This document shows positions 1-8,342 of a stretch of 8,823 nt of DNA, in pieces. Below the pieces are notes generated by a model. That model saw only the letters and a program-made list of their open reading frames with translations. It was not told the origin of the DNA and ran no database searches. Source of the DNA: Octopus sinensis (Eukaryota); the NCBI RefSeq assembly GCF_006345805.1, contig NW_021828315.1, forward strand, positions 1 through 8,823. Direction: 5' to 3'. Both the position numbers and the translations under genes were made by a program. Numbering within the stretch: the stretch's first letter is position 1; each line of letters begins with the position of its first letter.

Positions 1-67
1 AGAGAGACTGAGATAGAGAGAGAGAGAGAGAGAGAGAGGACTGATAGAGAGAGAGAGAGAGAGAGAG
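1..67. repeat. (GA)n microsatellite with CT/T interruptions
   Basis: Direct reading: AGAG runs interrupted by gactgagat and gactgat. Confidence 0.97.
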
Positions 68-75
68 CCATTATA

Positions 76-89
76 GTGTGTGTGTGTGT
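76..89. repeat. short (GT)n microsatellite
   Basis: gtgtgtgtgtgtgt seen directly. Confidence 0.9.
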
Positions 90-282
90 AGTTTGTAAAA
101 TCTCACAAAGTAAAGTGAGTCAGCACATCAAAGTGCTGCAGAAGGTTACTACTAGTTTAACCCAAGGCAGATTCCACTAGCGGGTTATCGCTGCTACACT
201 GCACACCCTTTATATACAATATCTTGTTAGCAGTGGTGGGGAGGGGTGTGTCGTACCTCGGTAAACTTTCAGATTAACACCC

Positions 283-800
283 GCACGATTTTCACCAGAA
301 AGAAAAAACTCGAATTTTTTTGCATGGAATGAAGTACCCTGACCTCCAAATATGCTGGAAATCACTTATTATGGTTGTTCAGAAGAAAAGGGTGCCACGA
401 CGGGGATGCACTCCCACCCCATTCCCAAATCATTGGAAATTATTATTTTTGGTTTGTGTTGATGAATTCCCGTGACCTAATATGCTACAAACCCCTTTTA
501 GGGGGTCCGAAAAATGGAGTGGGGTGAGGCGGAAGCCTCGGAAATTTCACCCCCCCCCATCCTCAGTGATCTTTTCACCAGCACCATTTTCACTAGGGAA
601 AAAAAATCACATTTTTTTGCATGAAATCAAGTACCGTGACCTCCTAATATGCTGCAAATCCTTTAGGAATAGGAGTGTTCGAAGGGGACCCTCTGCGCCA
701 TTCCAGAATCATTGGAAATCTTTTTTTTTTATTTTGTTGAATGAAATGCTGTGACCCACCTAATATCCCAGAAAACCCTTTTTGGGTCCGCAATTTTACC
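283..800 (+). repeat. Diverged direct duplication, 2 x ~290 bp, each unit holding two copies of a TGACC..TAATATGCT..AAA motif
   Basis: Unit starts match: gcacgattttcaccag (283) vs gcaccattttcactag (581). Shared internal blocks include ttttttgcatg.aat.aagtacc.tgacctcc.aatatgctg.aaatc, ccatt.c..aatcattggaaat and aaaccc.tttt..gggtccg (ending ~509 and ~790). Confidence 0.85.
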
Positions 801-1189
801 CACTCCCAACATTTTACAAAAATAAAATTTCCAGAGTGGTTCGTTATTAAATATATATAAGTTAAAAAAATTATTAATTTATAATTAATAAATTTTACCA
901 AGTAGTTTCGGTATGGAAAAGAACCATATTCAGTAAAAACTTATGCAAGAAGTTTTATATTTAATTATAACAGTAATTAAGGGTTTAGCAACAAGTTGCT
1001 TCACCACATACCGAAAATTTAGAAATAGCAGCCAAAAGACCGTTATTTCTTCTTCGCTACAAAATATGATTCCACAGATAACCTTACCTGTAACTCACAC
1101 AGGTAAAAAGAAGGAAAATAAGGAAATCAAACAGTTTTCGATTAAATATATGAATTTTTTGCGTAATGAGATAAAAAAACCAAGGCTGT

Positions 1190-1610
1190 ATAGATATTAG
1201 AGCATTTATAGATAGAAGGTCTTACAGCTGTTTGTAGGATATTAATTAATAATATCCCTTCATCAGAGAGACGGTGTGAGAGAGGAAAAATTAAGTCATA
1301 GTTTCGAATGTGATACAAATAGCGAGTGAGATGGAGGAAAGAAAATAGATGTAAGATATGTATGGGTATTGGATTCGTAAATCCGTTTATAGGCATCAGG
1401 GTATATATGTGCAATATTCCAGTATCCTTTGAGTAAAATCCAAAAGTCCAACAGAGTTTAATATGAGTCCATCCAGATGTAGAGTTTATAAGCAATGTAA
1501 GATTCTCTTAAAGTTGGTGATTCCCAGGAGGGAATTTATAGAGGGTGTAGCAGAGTGCAGCTGGTTGTGTTTAAACTGACCGAGAAATAGGGAATCTATG
1601 GTCAAATTGA
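1190..1610 (-). mobile_element. Probable 3' end / pseudo-LTR remnant of a Penelope-like element
   Basis: A hammerhead is preceded by a pyrimidine-rich tract. About 200 nt upstream (~1508-1460) a frameshifted RESYIAY(K)/TLHLDGL resembles the PLE ORF C-terminus RE.Y.I....TL.P.GLN. Boundaries are approximate. Confidence 0.4.
1218..1272 (-). ncRNA. Minimal type I hammerhead ribozyme, degenerate (GAAA core reads CAAA), of Penelope-like type
   Basis: Minus strand reads TCT-CTGATGA-A-GGGATATT-attaatt-AATATCCT-A-CAAA-C-AGCT-GTA|AGA. It has the CUGAUGA core (1266-1260), an 8-bp stem II, a palindromic stem III (ACAGCTGT), a GUA triplet, and a 3-bp stem I (TCT/AGA). Confidence 0.7.
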
Positions 1611-1614
1611 AAGC

Positions 1615-1648
<34 letters not shown>

Positions 1649-1658
1649 ATATATATAG
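1615..1658. repeat. interrupted (TA)n microsatellite
   Basis: Direct reading. Confidence 0.95.
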
Positions 1659-1775
1659 TATGTGTTTGTTATGGTAGTTTGACTGTAATAGTTCCTCATA
1701 GTGTGAGGTATTATGTATGGTAATGCCCTGATATATAAACATATATATATGTATGTTGTATGGTTAGAATGATGG

Positions 1776-1777
<2 letters not shown>

Positions 1778-1834
<57 letters not shown>
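1778..1834. repeat. pure (TA)n microsatellite
   Basis: About 28 uninterrupted TA units. Confidence 0.98.
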
Positions 1835-1840
<6 letters not shown>

Positions 1841-1920
1841 TGACAGGGCACGACCGTTAGGTGGTTGGCCGCATGCTAGAAATAGATCATCAACGATCAA
1901 ACTACAAAGAAATATTAAAA

Positions 1921-1950
1921 TATTATATATATATATATATAATATATATA
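1921..1950. repeat. interrupted (TA)n microsatellite
   Basis: Direct reading. Confidence 0.93.
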
Positions 1951-2140
1951 TCTTATATAAAACCCGTTCTCCCGTTCTGTCTGTCTGTCTGTGTGTCTTC
2001 TAGGATCTCGGGCATCCTCCATCCGATTGCACACAAATTTGATATGTAGATACTGGTGGTATCAGGGGGGTGTATGACTTGAAAAAATAACAAAAACGAT
2101 TCCAGGGGAGAATACGATTGGCAAAGCCGTGGGAACGTGC
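1951..2140 (+). mobile_element. Probable non-autonomous Helitron / DINE-like element, 5' part
   Basis: A|TC start (TCTTATATAAAA) is followed by a (CTGT)n tract at ~1977-1992 and an ATCTC...CCGATT...AAATTTG block. This layout is typical of invertebrate non-autonomous Helitron 5' ends. GGCAAAGCCGTGGG at 2120-2133 resembles a 3' hairpin, but no CTRR terminus is present. Confidence 0.45.
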
Positions 2141-2777
2141 ATTTGTACGCACAAGTACATCAGATGTTGCGATCGATACTATGCATACGCGAGAGAAAAT
2201 TGCACGTGCAGTTTGCGCAAAAAAGCCGGCTGGCTTGAAATAATGCCACAAAATGCAGAATATTTAAGAGACCAAAAAAGTAAGATGCAAAAGAGATATT
2301 TTCTCCAACTTGGCATGAAGGAAGGAAAAACTATTTTGTTCTGAAGAAGTCTTTCTTTTTTTTGCCTTAATTTCGTTTAACAAAACCAAAACTTTTATTG
2401 AAATAAAGGCATGCTTAATTATTTTTTAATGAAAAGAAAACACAGATTGCTTTTTATTCAAGGAAGAAAATATTATTTTCTTGTTAATAAATGATTTTCC
2501 ATGTTTGTGTTCTCCCAGTCTACAGACTTATCATTTCTGGTACTTTAAACTCTTCGGTTGCATATTTGGGTGAATAAAATCGTTTTTCTTTGGAATAGAA
2601 AAAAAGTCTATCTTTATTTCTTCTTTTGCTGGTGTCTCAAATTTAGGTTAAATCAGTGCTTCTCAAAGGGGTGGCCTATGGGACTGTCGGACAAGTTGTT
2701 TTGAGGAAATTGGGTTTAAATGTTTGACAACTCAGCACCGTCCATTGGACGGGGAGAGGGGGGGGGGCGTTTTGTTC

Positions 2778-2878
2778 GTATATATGTGTGTGTGTTTGTG
2801 TTTGTATACATATATATATGGGTATGTATATATACATATATATAGTATATATATATATATATGCATACATATATATTC
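2778..2878. repeat. compound TA/TG simple-repeat tract
   Basis: Mixed (TA)n, (TG)n and TATG units. Confidence 0.9.
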
Positions 2879-2889
2879 CTGCATATATC

Positions 2890-3195
2890 ATTGAACCTAT
2901 CATTGATGCTTCTAGAAGTCTCACCTATGTATGACTCTGGGTTAGTCGCGCAAGCTCCCTCCTGGCACTTAATCTGGTATACAGTGCCCTTGGTTTTACA
3001 ATTTACATGTGGATTTGTCGAACATACTGCACAATTACTTTGACAGGTGATTCTATCAAATGGATATGATCTGCATAATGCCGATTTGATAGTCGTACCT
3101 GTCTTTTCTACAACTTTAACTTTTAGGCCCGTAGTGCGCAGGACTTTCTTGAATGCCTTACTTAGCTCGTTCTTAGGTGTGGCGTCAACGAACAT
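2890..3195 (-). pseudogene. GIY-YIG endonuclease with Cys-rich linker, C-terminally truncated
   Basis: ORF 2716..3195 reads C..C....C...GTVYQIKC...YIGETSRSINDRF and then runs into simple repeat where EH and the rest of the domain are expected. Confidence 0.88.
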
Positions 3196-3199
3196 CTTC

Positions 3200-4200
3200 C
3201 GTGAAATCTCCTGTTATCGTACCAAGTAACGTTTCTCATCTTGTTGTTGGTGTCCCTCTCTAACCTATTCCAGAACTTGTTGCGGTACAGGGGGCATATA
3301 CCGTTTTCGTCGTTCCTTAGAATGCGTTCGAATCTAGCTTTCGCTCCTTTGTACACCCTGACTCTATCGTCTTGTGTGTATCCGGAGCGTTGCATTCGGA
3401 ATATGTAGTGCTGGATGTGTTTTGTCGTTCTTGTGGTTGGCATAGTGGTGATACATTCCTCATTACTCTAACTAAGTCTGCCACTAGGATGTTGAGTTTG
3501 GCAGTATCCGACATAGCTGAGTCACTACGGATTACTAGTGGATTAGCCATCGGTTTCTGATAGGTGAGTGGAGGAGTATACAGGGTTTAATGGTACCGTT
3601 AGCCATAGCATCTTCCATCCATAGCTCAGTATCTAGGACGGGTAATCGTTTACTGGGGTGTTTAGAGGGGGTAGTCTATGGTAAGTTTTATACTGCTGTG
3701 GATAGAGTCAGCTATGTGTTGTTAGATGTCATCACCTGTTCTTCACTTGGTAGAGGGCCCATAACTGTGTCTGTATTATATTTCACAACAAGGTTAATGT
3801 CGTCGACGACGTAACGAGAAGCATAGCCAAGTGGATGTTACGGTTTGCTAGGCACTGTTTTAAAACGCTTGTCCCACCATACCATGAAGAGGTTCGCAAC
3901 GTCACCGGCGATCCCCACTCCAATAGCACCGCCTTTCGTTTGCTTATACAGTTGTTGTCAAATTTAAAAATATGTGTTTTTAGCGTAAATCTCAGGCTGA
4001 CACCGATAGCATGTGCGATGGTGGTTCTAATATCGTGTGCACTTGAAGGTGGGTAGTCCGGCTTCGTCCATCCCTGCCAGCGCTCACAGTGAGTCTTCCT
4101 GTAAGCTGAGGTAATGGTAGGTGGTCTACCACGTTTGTTACGGGTGGGACAAGCATATAGAAGGTTATTGCGCGACAGGTATTCATTGGTACAGGTTGCA
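3200..4200 (-). pseudogene. PLE reverse transcriptase (palm, thumb, linker), frameshifted
   Basis: Q..GGAIG motif at ~3920-3945, Y(V)VDD at 3799-3813, LPVLD thumb at ~3630-3645. At least 7 frameshifts. Confidence 0.85.
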
Positions 4201-4305
4201 ATGCGTATGTGCAGTTATATACAACGGTATGAGCGGACGTTGTTTGATACATACAGTTGCACTTAGGCGTTGTATCCATTCATGGTTAGACGATGATGAG
4301 AGGAA

Positions 4306-4380
4306 CAAACACACACCCACACACATATATATATATATATGTGTGCGTCTATACAAACATATATGTGAATATGTATACAA
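4306..4380. repeat. compound CA/TA simple repeat
   Basis: Direct reading. Confidence 0.88.
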
Positions 4381-4465
4381 CCTTCAGCAAAGTAACAGTC
4401 ATGTACACAACTTGGACGGACACATGCCGGTACATGGACATACGTTCATATACACATAATAATGT

Positions 4466-4487
4466 TCGTCCTTCGGTTCGAAGATGA
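4466..4487 (-). promoter_or_regulatory. 3' UTR stem-loop of the RTE element, putative RT recognition signal
   Basis: CTTCG-aac-CGAAG hairpin lies immediately before the (ATT) tail at 4455-4464. The function is inferred from LINE 3'-stem-loop biology. Confidence 0.55.
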
Positions 4488-4497
4488 CCAACTGACA

Positions 4498-7400
4498 TCA
4501 TCTGATGGAACTGCCGCCATGAGACCGGAGGTGGCTGGTGAGGCCAATCCGGGCAAGGAAGCCCCTCCCACAGGTGGGGCAGAAGTGGGTAGGGGCAGTG
4601 CTACTGGTGCAGGCGGCTCTGACTTTACGCATCTGACGTTTCTGCTCCGCTGACCGAATCCGTCCCTCCTCGGCTGTCCCTGCTCCCACGTGTGATTGCG
4701 CTGCGCCAGGATGAGCGGTTGGCAGCAAGTGTCTCCCAGGTCTCTGTTCCGATGGAGAAGTCTTTGAGAGAGACCTCGAGACTATCCTTGTAGCGCTTTT
4801 TCTGCCCTCCGACTTTGCGCCTGCCCTGGCCGAGTTCACCGTAGAAGAGCTGTTTGGGATGCGAGTGTCGGACATGCGGGAGACGTGGCCCGCCCATCTC
4901 AGCTGGGCCTTGCGCATGATTGTGATGGTGCTAGGGGAGATCCGCCTGCTTCAGAACTTCCGTGTCTGGGACTTTGTCCTGCCAGCGGATGTGAGGGAGA
5001 TTCCGAAGACACCTGAGATGGAAGTGGTTTATCTGGCGCTCGTGCCTTCGGTAAGCAGTCCACGTCTCGCAGCCGTATAGTAGGGTGGTAAGCACGACTG
5101 CCGGTAGACTTTCAGCTTGGTGTTGAGGCTGATTCCTCTCCGCTCCCAGACTTTCTTTCGCAGTCTCCCAAACGCGCTGCTTGCCTTGGAGATTCTGTTG
5201 ATGGTTTCAGCATCTATGTTGGCATTGCAGGAGAGAGTGCTGCCCAGGTAGGTGAAGTTTTCCACCACTCGGAGGATCCGTCCGTTCCCTTATCTGAGGC
5301 TCATGGTATTGTTTGCCGGGGGCTGGCTGAAACATCACTTCGGTTTTCTTTGCACTGATGGTGAGACCGAAGTTGTCACAGGCTGATGAGAACCTGTCCA
5401 TCTCGAGCTGCATCTCCTGCTCATCGATTGCATTAAGGGCGCAGTCGTCAGCAAAGAGAAAGTCTCTGACGACTGTCTCCCTCACCTTTGTGACAGCCTG
5501 CAATCTCTGGAGTTGAAAAGTTTCCCGTCTGTCCTGTACTTGATGTTGATACTGGACTTGCAGTCCCTAAAGGCGTCGGACATCATTGCCGAGAACATGA
5601 TGCTGAACAGTGTTGGGGCCAGGACACAGCCCTGCCTGACTCCGTTGGTCACCTGGAAGGCTTCAGATGAGTCGCCGTCTTCAAGGATTCTGGCTGTCAT
5701 TCCGTCGTGGAACTGGCGGACAATTGCAATAAATTTGCTGGGGCAACCAAATTTTCCCATGACCTTCCATAGTCCCTCCCGACTGACTGTATCAAAGGCC
5801 TTGGTGAGGTCAACAAAGGTCATGCAGAGGTCAAGGTGCTGCTCCATGCATTTCTCCTGGAGCTGGCGGGCGGCGAATATCATGTCAGTGGTCCCTCGAC
5901 CCGCACGGAAGCCACACTGGCTCTCAGGGAGAAGGCCTTGCTCCAAGTGTTCCAGAAGGCGGTCAAGCAGGACCCGGGCCAGGATCTTGCCTGCTATGGA
6001 CAAGAGAGAAATACCTCGGTGGTTGTCGCAGGACTGCCGATCTCCTTTCCGCTTATAAATGTGGACGATTGTTGCGTCCCGGAAATCTTGAGGGAGTTGT
6101 TCCCTGTCCCACATCGACTGGAACAGGCTGGTGAGCTGACTGATCATGGTGGGGCCGCCCGACTTGAACACCTCTGCAGGGATGGCGTCAGAGCCTGGAG
6201 CTTTGCCGGTGGACATTTTTTTGATGGCTCTGCTCACTTCCTCGACTGCAGGGGGAACAGCCAACCCGTGGTTTGTCGGCACCTGGGGGAGTCGTGCGAT
6301 GGCTTCCTCGTTGATCTGGGCTGGTCGGTTGAGCACGATGTTGAAGTGCTCCGCCCATCTCTCCAGGATCAGCCTCTTGTTAGTCAGGAGTGAGGTTCCA
6401 TCTGAGCTGAGCAGGGGGGTTGATCCAAAGGAGAACTGCGGTCCATAGACAGCTTTCAGCGCCTCGTAGAATTTCTTGGTGTCGTGTTTGTCTGCGTATC
6501 CCTGAATCTCATCCGCCTTGGCGCTTAACCATGCGTCTTGCATGAGGCGGAGTTTAGCCTGGACTGTGCTGCGAATGTTGTTGAAAGCGGCCTTCTTTGC
6601 CGTGCAGGTGGTGTCGTTTTGGTGAGCCCGCAGCAGACGGCGTTCTCTCCAGGAGCTTTTGGATTTCCTGGTCGTTTTTCGTCGAACCAGTCCTGGTGGT
6701 TCCTCGTAATTTGGCCCAGAGTTTCAAGGGCGATGGAATGAACCGTGTCCCTGAATGATTCCCACTGCTCATCGATGCTGGACTGGTCACTCCGAATGTC
6801 CAACAGCTTACTGTCCATACGTGACTGGAGATCTTGTGCAGTCAGCTGGTTCTTTAATTTCGTGATGTTAAGCTTCCTCGTCACTTTCTGACCCTGTGGT
6901 CTTCTCTTAGGTCGGATGTAGAAATCCATCCTGGAGATGATGAGGCGATGGTCCGTCCAGCAGTCAGCTCCGCACATGGCTTTGACCAGTCTCACGTCCC
7001 GCCTGTCTTTCGCCCTGATGATGACGTAATCTATCAGATGCCAGTGTTTGGAGCGTGGATGCATCCATGATGTCTTGTTGCGTGTTGGCAGACGGAACAA
7101 GGTGTTGGCGATGGTAAGATCATGAGAGGCACACGCACGCAGGAAGAGCTGTCCGTTGCTGTTGCACTTTCCGATTCCTTGCTTTCCCAGTACGCGATGC
7201 CAGGCTTGGTGGTCAGTCCCGACACGGGCGTTAAAATCCCCAAGGAGGATGAGCTTCCCAGGCTGGGCTGACGTGATGAGGGAGTCGAGTTCCTCATAGA
7301 ACCTGTCCTTAACTTCTTCAGGGTTGGTCATGGTGGGGGCGTAAACACTGATGATGGTCGCACTAGTCTTGTTTCCAAGTGGGAGCTGTATCTTCATCAG

Positions 7401-7823
7401 CCGATCGTTGATACCCTCGGGGGGGCTTTCCAGTTTCCGCACGTGTACTGACTTAATGGCAAAACCAACACCAGCCTCACGACGCTCTTCGCTGCTGCGA
7501 CCACTCCAAAAGAAAGTGTAGCCGCCGCCTGTCTCTGTCAGCTGGCCTTTGTCCGCAAGGCGGGTCTCGCTCAGTGCTGCAATATCGACACTGTATCGGC
7601 TCAGTTCTCTGGCCACCAGGGCAGTTCGTCTCTCTGGTCTGTCCGCTTTGGTGTTGTCAAGCAGAGTTCTCACGTTCCAAGTTGCGAAAGTGAGCACCTT
7701 TGTTTGTTTTCTTCTTTCTTTGTTTCGACCGCTTGGAAAGGATCCCCGCCAGCCGCGGTTTGCTGACCAGGGTGAGGTGAGGCAGGCTATGTTTAGGGCA
7801 ACCTTTTCTAGCCCCGTCCTCAT
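4498..7823 (-). pseudogene. RTE polyprotein: APE endonuclease, reverse transcriptase and C-terminal C2H2-like finger; 7 frameshifts as assembled
   Basis: APE motifs: ATWNVRTL, DIAALSETR, SVYAPT, LLGDFNARVG, TWMHPRS..HLIDY, TDH. RT motifs: KAPGSD, NHRGISLLS, QCGFR, FVDLTKAFD, GVRQGCVLAP, FADD (5444-5455), FTYLGS. C-terminus: CPTCGRGFLARIGLTSHLRSH (4519-4581). ATG at 7823, TGA at 4500-4498. Confidence 0.93.
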
Positions 7824-8342
7824 GCTGGGGAGGCGAGCAGAGCGATCCTGAAGAGGGCTGCTCGGTCACTCAGGAGGCTGCCGGACTCCACTGCTGCCTC
7901 AGTTCAGTGAGGGGCGACCACATGTCCTGAGCCGCCTGTGTGTGGGTTCACGACTGCAGCTCCCAGTGTATCCTCACCTGCCACTTCGCCGTTTCCCCAT
8001 CGCCACAGGACTTTGGGATGGTGTCATGGCGTCATGATGTCGTGACATGCGCGTGACTTGGATTATAGTGAGGGTGACTTGCGCAGGATCAGCCTCACTC
8101 TCTCGTCCTGGTGCGCCGGATCCAGTGGCAAGACAAAGTCAAGACGACTGGGGGTAGACCAAGATGCAGGAGCTGCCGGAAGGTGGCACGCATGGCGCAA
8201 TCCAACCGCCTTAGGGGCTCCACTCCGGATTTTGGATGGCCATTGACTCATGAGAGAGTTCCTCTGCCCTTTGACAGGTTTTGTTTTTAGTCCTGCTGGG
8301 TGTCCAAATCACCCTCCTCACCAAGAAATTTTGGTGGGGTTG

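Larger units (their letters stand above)
2885..4290 (-). mobile_element. Penelope-like retroelement fragment, Naiad-type (RT + C-terminal GIY-YIG), truncated at both ends
   Basis: Manual translation across frameshifts gives: CPTRNKRGRPPTITS...WTKPDYPP...THIFKFDN/LYKQTKGGAIGVGIAGDVANLFMVWWD...SRYVVDDINL...IADSIHSSIKLTIDYP/SKHPSKRLPVLDTELW...YQKPMANPLVIRSDSAMS...RMQRSGY...CPLYR...MFVDATP...CKTKGTVYQIKC...YIGETSRSINDRF. The WWD, RPxIT, SAM and FVxATP motifs match Naiad/Chlamys-clade PLEs as I recall them. The 5' boundary is approximate. Confidence 0.88.

Noticed and set aside
231-240. CAGTGGTGGG, resembling a hAT-Tip100-like terminus upstream of the duplicated block
   Set aside because: Too short, and no matching opposite end is visible.
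283-800. CRISPR-like interpretation of the recurring motif
   Set aside because: The repeats are degenerate, the spacers are long and homologous to each other, the context is eukaryotic and no cas genes are present.
1571-2049. ORFs containing IYIYIY runs
   Set aside because: They are translations of (TA)n repeats.
2341-2410. CTGAAGA as a possible plus-strand hammerhead core
   Set aside because: No stem II, and no suitably placed GAAA or cleavage triplet.
2654-2712. CAGTGCTTCTCAAA, resembling a hAT-Charlie terminal inverted repeat
   Set aside because: No convincing partner TIR (TTTGAGGAAATTG is too divergent) and no 8-bp TSD found.
2738-2769. CCGTCCA-T-TGGACGG hairpin followed by a G-rich tract
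   Set aside because: The structure is real, but it is isolated and no function or element assignment can be supported.
2885-4290. Selenocysteine recoding or SECIS, reported for some Naiads
   Set aside because: No in-frame TGA in the reconstructed frame, and the 3' end where a SECIS would lie is missing.
5513-6448. Long plus-strand ORFs (181, 185 and 100 aa)
   Set aside because: They are antisense shadows of the GC-rich RT coding region and show no independent motifs.
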